Source: a virus (Duplodnaviria; Caudoviricetes). Taken from it: a stretch of DNA of 34,659 nucleotides. A program made the position numbers and the translations under genes. Under the pieces are notes generated by a model. The model made no database searches, was not told the origin of the DNA, and saw only the letters and a list, made by a program, of their open reading frames with translations. Below are positions 1 to 8,609 of this stretch, piece by piece (positions within the stretch are counted from its first letter, which is position 1; each line of letters starts with the position of its first letter). The stretch lies in the IMG/VR virus record IMGVR_UViG_3300016474_000648, positions 1 through 34,659 of that record; one strand, 5' to 3'.

Positions 1-152
1 TTTTCTTTAAGGATATGTTCTAATTCACCAAACTGTTCGCCTGATATTTTTTTACCAATATTGATTTTATTTACAGTACTAGGAGCTGTGCTAGCTGCTT
101 TTTGGAAAGCTGAGGGGTCAATTTCGGTTACTAATTTGTATTTATATGCCAT
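1..152 (-). CDS. hypothetical protein, 5' part only (MAYKYKLVTEIDPSAFQK...), runs off the window
   Basis: ATG at 152-150 overlaps the TAA of the upstream ORF (TAATG); frame open to position 1. Not in the ORF track. Confidence 0.7.
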   Translation of the reverse strand, partial: MAYKYKLVTEIDPSAFQKAASTAPSTVNKINIGKKISGEQFGELEHILKE

Positions 153-514
153 TATTTTAAATATGAAAGTTTATATATAGTTGACTTGATTAGTTCAGTT
201 ATAGTATCAATTTGATTTTGTAAATAACTGTCTTCTACCATATCATATACTTGATAAGCAGCTTCACATAATGTTTCAAAATAAGCTATAACTTGTTCTT
301 TACTTTGATATTGCTTTAAATTAAAGTTAGTATAGTCAGTTATAATACCATTTTTACCTTGATATGATTCTACTAAACCATCAATTAAAGGAACAATACC
401 ATCATAATAAGCATTCAAAGCCATATGCTCAGCAAATGAAGGTGTTTGTAAATGAAAAATATGAGATTGCGTTCTTGAATGGAACAAATATGAAATAAAT
501 TTAGAAAACTCCAT
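152..514 (-). CDS. ferritin/Dps-like four-helix protein (DUF5856-like)
   Basis: HIFHLQTPSFAEHMALNAYYD...DGLVESYQG and C-terminal LQNQIDTI..LI.STIYKL resemble the phage ferritin-like family. Confidence 0.65.
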   Translation of the reverse strand: MEFSKFISYLFHSRTQSHIFHLQTPSFAEHMALNAYYDGIVPLIDGLVESYQGKNGIITDYTNFNLKQYQSKEQVIAYFETLCEAAYQVYDMVEDSYLQNQIDTITELIKSTIYKLSYLK

Positions 515-516
515 AA

Positions 517-1137
517 TTATGATTTTTTGCTTGTTAAATAACTACTCATTAGGTTACCTATAGCACCTATTTTCTGGCGTATAAATATCCACTCGTTTGG
601 AGTAAATTTATGTTTTTTGCCAACATAATGTACTCCCATAATACCAATTATTCTATTATCTAAACCTTTAATAGCAAATAGATAAACTGATTTACAACCA
701 GGACCATCAGCTTGATATAAATCAAGACCATATGTAGGTCCAGCATTCATATCTTCAATAATAATTTCTCCTTTTTCATATAAAAGAGAAAATTGTTTAC
801 TGAATAGTGAAACAGGAATATTTTGGAATAGTGTTTTTAATGAGTTAGTTTCGGGAGTAGTAATTTCGTAAAACACTGAAAATTTCTGGATGGATTTACC
901 TGTAGGGTAAAAGTGGCCTCCATTATGGAATTGAGCAATATATATTTGATCACAGTCTATTTCTTGTAAAATAGCATCAAGTTGTTGCTCAATGATTTCA
1001 TTATGCTGTATAGCATCTCTTAAAGGATCAGTGACTTTGTTAATAAATTTTTTTTCAACCCATTTTACTAGTAACGGACCAAAAATTGAAGTTGTTAACG
1101 CAATAATGATCGGAACAATAATTTGAATTTCACTCAT
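517..1137 (-). CDS. membrane-anchored GAF-like domain protein, possible T4 T-type holin
   Basis: Single N-terminal TM helix followed by a GAF-like domain (IYIAQFHNGG...SVYLFAIKGLDNRIIGIMGVHY). Confidence 0.5.
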   Translation of the reverse strand: MSEIQIIVPIIIALTTSIFGPLLVKWVEKKFINKVTDPLRDAIQHNEIIEQQLDAILQEIDCDQIYIAQFHNGGHFYPTGKSIQKFSVFYEITTPETNSLKTLFQNIPVSLFSKQFSLLYEKGEIIIEDMNAGPTYGLDLYQADGPGCKSVYLFAIKGLDNRIIGIMGVHYVGKKHKFTPNEWIFIRQKIGAIGNLMSSYLTSKKS

Positions 1138-1703
1138 TTTTTTAAACTTTGTAGGTACTTAATTGTTTCTTCTTTATTCTCTAACAACTTCTGCTTTGAA
1201 GAACCTACCCAACGTTCTACATCACCTGCTTCAGTGACGTATGAGGTGTTGGACCCATTTATTTCTTCATCAATCCAAATATTAAAATCATTTATAATTC
1301 CATCAATATCTGAGTTAATGATGTGTTTTTCATAATCATTCCATAAACCTTTAATTTTTAACTCTGTTTCAAAGTCTACTTGACAATCAAAACATCTTTT
1401 ATATTGGAGATAAAACAATTTATCATTTTGCTTTTTCATGATGTTACTACAACAAGGACAGAAAAGTGGCAAATTGATTGATTCCTTTGCTTTATCTAGT
1501 TTAGTAATATTTTGTTTGATTCCGTTTTTGATAGTCCATGAACGACCATCTTCTTCCCAGACATCTCCTTCCTCATGAAACTCTTGTTTTTTAGTGTAAC
1601 CGGTTCCGACAATGGTTTTTTCCCCGTATTTACCTGTCATTAGGTTACGGAGGCGTTGTACGTCCTTTTGTTGGAACTCTTTTTTTAAAACGTTATCAGC
1701 CAT
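1134..1703 (-). CDS. hypothetical protein with Cys4 zinc-binding motif
   Basis: CPCC...CFDC; overlaps neighbours in operon style. Confidence 0.7.
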   Translation of the reverse strand: MADNVLKKEFQQKDVQRLRNLMTGKYGEKTIVGTGYTKKQEFHEEGDVWEEDGRSWTIKNGIKQNITKLDKAKESINLPLFCPCCSNIMKKQNDKLFYLQYKRCFDCQVDFETELKIKGLWNDYEKHIINSDIDGIINDFNIWIDEEINGSNTSYVTEAGDVERWVGSSKQKLLENKEETIKYLQSLKK

Positions 1704-2155
1704 TAAATTGCTTCTTTTTCTGAAAATTTAAATTTAATTTTAGCGTTGTCTAAAATTGTTTTAATTATTTTCTTAGTTAAATCTTTAGTTGGATTGTTAC
1801 CTTGAGGGAAAACTAATGTATTATTTTTAGGAACCCAAGTTAATAATCTAGTTTTTTTATCTTTTAAAAGATTTGAATAGAATTGATTTTCCATATCTTT
1901 AGTCACAGGAGGTTTTTTACCTGATCTGCGATCATATACAGTACCAAATTCTTCTTCATATTCTTTTTTGAATCTATTTCTTAAATTAGACATATACATC
2001 CCTAAAAAATTAGGGTTTGTTAATGCTTTTTCAACATCTTCTATAGAAGTGTTTTGTGGAGTTAACACTAAGTCATATGATACTTTTCCAACAGAAAAAG
2101 TAGCATCATCATCCATGTCTGCTTCCATTAAGTGTTTTAAACTATACTTGCTCAT
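1703..2155 (-). CDS. hypothetical protein
   Basis: 150-aa ORF coupled to both neighbours; N-terminus MSKYSLKHLME. Confidence 0.7.
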   Translation of the reverse strand: MSKYSLKHLMEADMDDDATFSVGKVSYDLVLTPQNTSIEDVEKALTNPNFLGMYMSNLRNRFKKEYEEEFGTVYDRRSGKKPPVTKDMENQFYSNLLKDKKTRLLTWVPKNNTLVFPQGNNPTKDLTKKIIKTILDNAKIKFKFSEKEAI

Positions 2156-2658
2156 AATCCTAATTCTTTTAACTGTTTAATTGTGTCAGAAGCAGAAGTG
2201 TGAAGGATACCTATCCCTCCCTTACTTTTCCATTGCTCTATATTGTCTACTCTATCGTCTATAAGTATTTGGTTTTCACCAGAAAATTGCTGTTTTTGAG
2301 AAGCAGGGCGTAAAATAAGTTTAGCACCAGGTAAATTTCTTTTAACCCATACTCGTTTACCTATTTTAGATGATTCTTCTTTTGATGGGGCTGATAGTAA
2401 TGTTGGGTTATATGGGTTTATATAATCCCATAGTTGTTTCCCATCAGGCATCCATTTTAATCTAATCCAAAATCCTGCTCCTGCTTGTTTAATAGGATCC
2501 CAAAATGTTGTTTTACCTTTAGCATTTGCCTCATCAGTGGTCATACCAGTAAGATCTTTATAACCTTGATCAAAATCAACTAATACACCATCCATATCAC
2601 AATAGATAGTGTATTTTTGTTCCTCAATTTCTTTTAGTATATCTGTAAGTTTAATCAT
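2152..2658 (-). CDS. HAD-superfamily 5'(3')-nucleotidase (NT5C-like)
   Basis: Motif I IYCDMDGVLVDF, motif II LLSAP, motif IV LIDDRVDNIEQW..GGIGILH. Confidence 0.85.
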   Translation of the reverse strand: MIKLTDILKEIEEQKYTIYCDMDGVLVDFDQGYKDLTGMTTDEANAKGKTTFWDPIKQAGAGFWIRLKWMPDGKQLWDYINPYNPTLLSAPSKEESSKIGKRVWVKRNLPGAKLILRPASQKQQFSGENQILIDDRVDNIEQWKSKGGIGILHTSASDTIKQLKELGL

Positions 2659-4736
2659 ATATCGTATAAAGATTGTAACACTTCACGTTTAACTTTTTGT
2701 TTAATAGCATTCCAACTTTCAGATTTACTATTAGAATTTATATCTCCATTTTGCCAATAGTTTAAAGCTTGGTCATAAGTTTCATTTAGAGTCTCCATTC
2801 TTTTTTTAATATTAGATTGTGCTATTTCTTCAATGGAACGTAATACTACTTTATCTTCATCACTATTATCAATTTTATATTTATTGTTTAATATTGTCTG
2901 AAGTTTGTCTATATAGTTTTTATATAGTTTGGTTTTAGCTCCTGTGTTACCTGATATATGAATTGATTTTGGTTCATTGTTTTGTAAGAAATCATCTAGT
3001 ACTTTGAAAGAAGTAGCTGTCGCTTGTTTCCAAGCTTCAGGAGATGTATTCTTATTATTGTCTGTGAAAGCCCAATTCATTGACCAAACATTCTTACCAG
3101 GTATTTCTAGTCTAAAATAATATTTAGCTTCTATATCATCTCCATTTCCTACAATATACTCAACATTTGATATTTTTTCTATATTAGGTAAATCTTTTTC
3201 AAATAATTCATTCAAAGCATATTGTTTATACTCAGCTCTAAATTTAGACTCATTTAAACTGTTTTCCCAACTTCTAAAACACATATTGCCCTTACTATAT
3301 GCTTCTAATTCTAATTCTTTTAGATATTCATCTTCATTTATATTATGACCTTCAATACCTTGAATTCTACCTTCAAGATTTTGCATATGATGAATCATTT
3401 CATGAGCATACGAACGCAATATGTCTTTTGGGTGTCTACTGTGGGTATACAATGTGACACAATTAGTATTAGGATCATAGTGGGCGGTACGTCCTAATAT
3501 GTTATCTGCGTTTTTCTTATCGTCTTCTATAAAGATAATGTCTGGGAGTGGTTCGATATTTAAACCATTATCTATCATGAATAATGTTAAAGATATTAAT
3601 TTATCTTTAAATTCAGAATTATGCTCTAATCCTTTTTTAGTGATGTTAGAAACAACTATTTTATCTTTATGTTTATCAACTTTAAAATCAGATGGTACTA
3701 CATTTTTGATATGATCTTTATAATAATCAACTCTAGATGATTCTGAAGATGTGTTTAAATCTAAGTCTTGGTTTTGTAGTGGTTCAAAAGAATCTTCAAA
3801 TACCAATTTAGCATTAGGGGTAGCAAAATTACGTTTACGCATTATTGTTTTAGCCACAACTACTACCTTATCACGCAATTTAGATTTTCTATCATCTTTA
3901 GTTAAAGGAATATTAATATCTGTGTCTGAGTCAACTGCTACTACTTCTCCTTGGTCTAATAGATCTTCTAATTCATCTTTTTCGTCTGAAAGTTTATCAA
4001 AGAAATCATATAATTCATCCGCCTCAATAGGTGGATTATTACGTTTATCATTAACTCTATCAACAAAATGAGGAGGAATGTCAATATCAATAGGATCTAA
4101 AACATCATCAGCGTAGTCATCAATATCATCAATTTCAGGTTCAGGAACCACTTCATTGATTTGATTTGGTTTTAGAATACTATATATTTCTTCTTTATCA
4201 GAATCTTCAATATTAGGTAAATATTTAAAGAATTCTTCTTTATTATTTAATACTGCTCTAGTTTTAGTACCACTAACACCACCTGATGTTATAATATTAA
4301 TAGGTTCAATATTTGTTTTACCTAAAGCAGACTTAGTACGTTTTTCAAAATCAGCAAAATCTTCTGGTTTATCTTCTCTAGAACCTAAAAACCATTTAAT
4401 TTGAGCATCAGGTTCATCTTTAGCATAAGAGTAAATAGATGAAATTGGATTAGAAGATGGAATAATATTTACTTTACTGGGTAAATAGTTTTTATAGATG
4501 TTCCAAATTGCTACTGATTGGTCTTGGGTAATATCTGATCTGCCACCACCTGTGCCTACATAAATGTTAAATTCAGTTAATTGAGGATACATTTCTAAAG
4601 CTTTTCTAACAACTTCAAAATGACCTTTTGTTGGGGGTTGAAACCCACCTCCAAATACACCTACAACTTTATTAGATTCAGGTATATCAGCTTCAGATAA
4701 AAACGGTGTTATAAGTGATTTTACTAATGATTTCAT
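2655..4736 (-). CDS. multidomain protein: cytidyltransferase-like (HIGH) nucleotidyltransferase + HFxDR domain + HExxH zincin-like domain + C-terminal domain
   Basis: GGGFQPPTKGH and VSGTKTR (aa 29-39, 154-160); HFVDRVND...KTIMRK (aa 223-301); LRSYAHEMIHHMQ...ELEAY (aa 440-480). Confidence 0.8.
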   Translation of the reverse strand: MKSLVKSLITPFLSEADIPESNKVVGVFGGGFQPPTKGHFEVVRKALEMYPQLTEFNIYVGTGGGRSDITQDQSVAIWNIYKNYLPSKVNIIPSSNPISSIYSYAKDEPDAQIKWFLGSREDKPEDFADFEKRTKSALGKTNIEPINIITSGGVSGTKTRAVLNNKEEFFKYLPNIEDSDKEEIYSILKPNQINEVVPEPEIDDIDDYADDVLDPIDIDIPPHFVDRVNDKRNNPPIEADELYDFFDKLSDEKDELEDLLDQGEVVAVDSDTDINIPLTKDDRKSKLRDKVVVVAKTIMRKRNFATPNAKLVFEDSFEPLQNQDLDLNTSSESSRVDYYKDHIKNVVPSDFKVDKHKDKIVVSNITKKGLEHNSEFKDKLISLTLFMIDNGLNIEPLPDIIFIEDDKKNADNILGRTAHYDPNTNCVTLYTHSRHPKDILRSYAHEMIHHMQNLEGRIQGIEGHNINEDEYLKELELEAYSKGNMCFRSWENSLNESKFRAEYKQYALNELFEKDLPNIEKISNVEYIVGNGDDIEAKYYFRLEIPGKNVWSMNWAFTDNNKNTSPEAWKQATATSFKVLDDFLQNNEPKSIHISGNTGAKTKLYKNYIDKLQTILNNKYKIDNSDEDKVVLRSIEEIAQSNIKKRMETLNETYDQALNYWQNGDINSNSKSESWNAIKQKVKREVLQSLYDI

Positions 4737-5530
4737 CCAACAAATTTTTTAACTATGTTAGGTAACTCTTTGCTATCAACAGGATTTAAATTAGCTTGAA
4801 TACTATCGTAAGTATCAGCTATTTTGTCTATACTTTTATCTAAAGTAACTTTAGTTTTAGCTCTGTCTTTTTCTCTTTTTTCTAATTCTTCAGGTGATAA
4901 TGTTGAATCATCTTTTCTGAAGGTAGATTGGAATTGACCTGATGATAATAAATCTGAGAAGTATTCTTTTAGTTTTCCTTGCTGGTAAGCTGTTTCAAAA
5001 TTAGTTATTTCAGATTGTTCTTCTTCAGAAGCAGGTGTACTAACTAAAATAAAATTATCACCAAATATATTTTTATAATCTTCTAATAAATTATAAACAT
5101 TAACCCATGTTCCTAAAACACCAACTGCTGGTACTTTACGTTCACGCTTATAGTTTCTTAAAAATGATACTATAGGATGAGCATAAACCATTATCATCAT
5201 GGTTTCATATCCATTATCATTTAACTCATCTAAAGTAGGTTGTAATGTAGATAAATTAGAAGCTGTAGTATCGTAAATAAGATTTTGTTTATTTGCTATA
5301 GCATTTGGTAAATCTTTTTTTCTTATTTGAGATGAAGCAGCAGACAAATTACCATACATTGGAGAATCTTTATCTTCAACATATTTGTCAGCATTCAAAT
5401 CAATAAAATCTTTAAGTATTGGTTGTAAAGACTTTAGTACTGTTGATTTACCAACTGATGCTCCTCCAGCCATTATAATAGCTTTTGGTTTGCCTGTAAT
5501 TTCTTTTAATAAATCAGTTAGTTTGATCAT
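4733..5530 (-). CDS. P-loop kinase, zeta-toxin/AAA_33-like
   Basis: KAIIMAGGASVGKST Walker A, LNAD, NLIYDTT, RNYKRERKVP lid. Confidence 0.8.
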   Translation of the reverse strand: MIKLTDLLKEITGKPKAIIMAGGASVGKSTVLKSLQPILKDFIDLNADKYVEDKDSPMYGNLSAASSQIRKKDLPNAIANKQNLIYDTTASNLSTLQPTLDELNDNGYETMMIMVYAHPIVSFLRNYKRERKVPAVGVLGTWVNVYNLLEDYKNIFGDNFILVSTPASEEEQSEITNFETAYQQGKLKEYFSDLLSSGQFQSTFRKDDSTLSPEELEKREKDRAKTKVTLDKSIDKIADTYDSIQANLNPVDSKELPNIVKKFVG

Positions 5531-5534
5531 CTAT

Positions 5535-5567
5535 ATAAATATAATGCAGAATGTTGGCCAAGCCAAG
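5535..5567 (-). promoter_or_regulatory. composite promoter: early-type CTTG-N20-TATATTTA overlapping an ATATTTAT motif
   Basis: Minus strand CTTGGCTTGGCCAACATTCTGCATTATATTTAT, 4 nt before the kinase ATG; a second ATATTTAT at 5578-5585. Confidence 0.6.
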
Positions 5568-5584
5568 CTTCTTTATTATAAATA

Positions 5585-6355
5585 TTAGATATCTTCCCGT
5601 TTTGCAGTTGTTCGGAACGACTCAAATGAAGGAGATGATGTTGGATTTTCTAAATCAAACAACTTACGTACCGTCTTGAATATTTCAATATTTTCTTCAA
5701 ATGTACGTTCTGGTTCAACTATTTCCCATCCTTTACCTTGCATTTTATCCTTTTTAGGACCACGTTTAGATGATTTTAACCATAGTATTCCATTACGTTG
5801 AGCTTCTTTCCCATAACATTCTTTATAGCACTGAGTGTAAACTGCTGTTTGTAATTCGTATGTAGTCTGGATTTGGTTTGATGTTTTAAAGTCTATAACC
5901 CAAAGTTCATCATTAATTTCACAAACCATATCACATGTGCCTGCTACTTTTAATTCATCTGAGAATAAATGTACTTCAGTTTCAATAAGTTTAGGCTTAT
6001 GGGTTTCCCAAAACTCTACAAAACGTAAAAACATTTGCCATACATCAGGATTATATTGTGGATAACCTTGAGGTGATAAAAACTTTAATTCAGCTCCATT
6101 TAAATATTCTTCAATCATTTCATGGACTTGAGTACCTTCTTCAGCTGCTTTTTTAACAATATGTTCAGAGGCATATCCTACTTTTTTAAGCCAATCTTCA
6201 AAAAATTTACCTTTTGGATAATAACTTAAAACATAAGTTACAGATGGATAATAATTACCGTTTCGTCTATAAAATCTAGAGTCGGGTAATGTAATTTGCT
6301 TATGATCGTCAGATATTTCTAAAATTCGATCATAGGAATGTTTGATTGTACTCAT
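5585..6355 (-). CDS. PD-(D/E)xK exonuclease (Cas4/RecB-like phage exonuclease)
   Basis: YPSVT..L, GT.VH..IE, E..L....VAGTCD, IDFKTS, Q...Y motifs. Confidence 0.85.
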   Translation of the reverse strand: MSTIKHSYDRILEISDDHKQITLPDSRFYRRNGNYYPSVTYVLSYYPKGKFFEDWLKKVGYASEHIVKKAAEEGTQVHEMIEEYLNGAELKFLSPQGYPQYNPDVWQMFLRFVEFWETHKPKLIETEVHLFSDELKVAGTCDMVCEINDELWVIDFKTSNQIQTTYELQTAVYTQCYKECYGKEAQRNGILWLKSSKRGPKKDKMQGKGWEIVEPERTFEENIEIFKTVRKLFDLENPTSSPSFESFRTTAKREDI

Positions 6356-7284
6356 ACTAGTTCTAGTTTTTTCTCAAATAAATTTGAGAAGGTTAATGGT
6401 TGAGTGGTTTGAATCAATTTAGTAAAGTTTTCAAAACCCATTTCGCTTGGATCTTTATCTTGTAACTCTACTAAGTATACTTCTTTACCCTCGTTTAATA
6501 GTTCTTCACAAAAAGATAAAGCTTGCTTAATGGCATCTTTATCTAATGCTATATATATTTTTTGTACCTGTGAGGTAACTAGTTTTTTCTTTAATTTGTC
6601 CTGGATGTTTTTACCTAATAAAGGTATTACATTACGTTTAATAGCCATCATATCAAATGGTCCTTCACATAAAATGATAGGCACATTCCAGTTTATAAAA
6701 AATTCAAATGGAACAATATTTCTTGATACATTTGGATTCTTATATTTAGATCTAGAAAATTCTTCAAATCCTCTAGAAGTAAAATAATTTAAATTACCTT
6801 TTTCATCATATGAAGGTATAACAATCATATTAGCATAAGGTCCATGTTCACAGTAACCAATTTGGTATTTTAATATATCATATTTGGTAATACCACGGCG
6901 TTTTAGGTAGGCTAAAGCGCGTCTACCAATGAGATTATTGGCTGTCACATCAGTTAACGGAATAAATTCTTCAGGTAATTTAACCTGCTCTAAATTAACT
7001 TCCGTATGTTCTGATTTAGAGGTGCCTACTAAGGAATGTAGTGCTTGAAGCTTATCTAATGGTACTTCAATATGTTTAAATAAACGTGATAATTTTCTAC
7101 CTTTAGTGTTACATACCCAACAATGCCAAGGATTGTCACCTTTAGCATTTGTATCCATGTTAACTTCAAGTTTAGGTTTATGATGTTTACAAAATGGACA
7201 GTGATATGCTCTGTTGTTTTTAGAGGTATTTTTACCTTTACCTAAAACAGAGTCCACTAAAGTTATTAACAACTGGTTTACCAT
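6352..7284 (-). CDS. DNA primase (zinc finger + TOPRIM)
   Basis: CPFC...WHCWVC zinc finger; YL..RGI; KYKNP; LCEGPFD; IALDKD; KDPSE. Confidence 0.9.
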   Translation of the reverse strand: MVNQLLITLVDSVLGKGKNTSKNNRAYHCPFCKHHKPKLEVNMDTNAKGDNPWHCWVCNTKGRKLSRLFKHIEVPLDKLQALHSLVGTSKSEHTEVNLEQVKLPEEFIPLTDVTANNLIGRRALAYLKRRGITKYDILKYQIGYCEHGPYANMIVIPSYDEKGNLNYFTSRGFEEFSRSKYKNPNVSRNIVPFEFFINWNVPIILCEGPFDMMAIKRNVIPLLGKNIQDKLKKKLVTSQVQKIYIALDKDAIKQALSFCEELLNEGKEVYLVELQDKDPSEMGFENFTKLIQTTQPLTFSNLFEKKLELV

Positions 7285-7287
7285 ACA

Positions 7288-7764
7288 CTATAATGTATGA
7301 AGGAGAGCATTGGGAGCAAAGTCTTTTTTGAAAAACTTACCTAATACATTATCATTATAACTGTTTACAAACAATACATTATACTTACACTGGTAAGCTG
7401 TTTCCCAGTATGTAAGTTCTTTTTTAGTTCTTACTAGTTTAATAATCTTTCTGGTGAATGCTAAATTACCATTAGTTTTTATTTCTTCTAATATTTCTTT
7501 ATTAGAACCCCAATATGTAGCCCAATCAGATTCTTTTTGTACTCTTTTAGTAGTTGCTTTTCTACCAGGACCAGATTGTTCTGCTAGTTCTTTTTTAGTA
7601 AGTTTTTTCTTTACATTATGATAAAGACTTTTTTTACCAATGTAGAATTTACCTGTTATTGTATTAGTAATCTCATAAATGAAACCAAAACAATCTTGTG
7701 GGAAATCTTCTATAGTTTTAAATTCTTTGATTTCCATGCTTTCATACCAAAACCAGTTATTCAT
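7288..7764 (-). CDS. GIY-YIG family endonuclease-like protein
   Basis: GFIYEITNTITGKFYIGKK, YWGS, ELTYWE, YNDN. Confidence 0.8.
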   Translation of the reverse strand: MNNWFWYESMEIKEFKTIEDFPQDCFGFIYEITNTITGKFYIGKKSLYHNVKKKLTKKELAEQSGPGRKATTKRVQKESDWATYWGSNKEILEEIKTNGNLAFTRKIIKLVRTKKELTYWETAYQCKYNVLFVNSYNDNVLGKFFKKDFAPNALLHTL

Positions 7765-7767
7765 ATT

Positions 7768-8607
7768 TTAAAAGTTTAAACCTACCTGTATTAATAATTC
7801 GTTTTGAAAGTTTTTATTATATGGTCTAGGGAGTTTAGCTGTCGCCATTAACTCATTATTATCATTGTATAAACCAACAGTTGTAATATATGTTTGAGGA
7901 TTATTATACCAATCTTGATTTATAATTAAACCTGAACTTCCTGAGATAAAGCTTGGGTTCATGGAGTAATTATATTGACTGTTTCGGGCTCTTATAAAAA
8001 CATGTTGGGTTGGTGTTATATTTGAAGTGGTAAGGGTAAAATTAGTACTAGTAGCAGCTGCGAGAATTAATCCAACATCTGGAAGGAAAAGGCCTAATGA
8101 TGCTCCAGTACCATATCCTAAAGCGAAACTATTATTTGGGAGAATGGGGGCGGGTTTTAAATCATAAGCTCTACCACAATTTAAAATTCTTGGAGGAGTT
8201 ATGTTACTATCATCTGTAAGATTTCCTAATTTTATACCGCCTGGGTTAAGAGGGAGTGGGATGTTTTTAGATACAGCTATAACTGCAAAAGATGGGCGAG
8301 CTGTACCACCCCATGTAATATCAGCGTTAGCATCTCCTACTACTATATTACGAATAGCTCCATAAACTGCTCGCTGATAAGCATCACCATTTTTATTAGC
8401 ACTAGTTCTACTATATTGTATATTAGCTGGGTTGTTAATATAATAATTAGTTACATCTCCTATAGCATTATCTACAGTATAAGATACAGTCTGTTGATCA
8501 AAAGTAGGTGCGTCTATAGGGTCACCATTCTCATCTCTCCAACATGATGTTGAGATAGAATCATTACTAAAAACAAAATCTGCGGGGTCTATTCTTGTTA
8601 GTGACAT
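7768..8607 (-). CDS. virion structural protein (baseplate/tail-fibre attachment), paralog 1
   Basis: C-terminal PQTYITTVGLYNDNNELMATAKLPRP shared with the next two ORFs. Confidence 0.65.
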   Translation of the reverse strand: MSLTRIDPADFVFSNDSISTSCWRDENGDPIDAPTFDQQTVSYTVDNAIGDVTNYYINNPANIQYSRTSANKNGDAYQRAVYGAIRNIVVGDANADITWGGTARPSFAVIAVSKNIPLPLNPGGIKLGNLTDDSNITPPRILNCGRAYDLKPAPILPNNSFALGYGTGASLGLFLPDVGLILAAATSTNFTLTTSNITPTQHVFIRARNSQYNYSMNPSFISGSSGLIINQDWYNNPQTYITTVGLYNDNNELMATAKLPRPYNKNFQNELLIQVGLNF

Positions 8608-8609
8608 AA

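Noticed and set aside
4733-5530. Epsilon-zeta toxin-antitoxin pair
   Set aside because: No adjacent antitoxin-like gene; the similarity is only at the kinase-fold level.
5585-6355. Cas4 as part of a CRISPR system
   Set aside because: It is a stand-alone PD-(D/E)xK exonuclease next to primase, without the four-Cys cluster pattern or other cas genes.
7288-7764. Mobile homing endonuclease or intron
   Set aside because: No interrupted host gene and no extra DNA-binding (NUMOD-type) domain visible; it is tightly packed into the operon.
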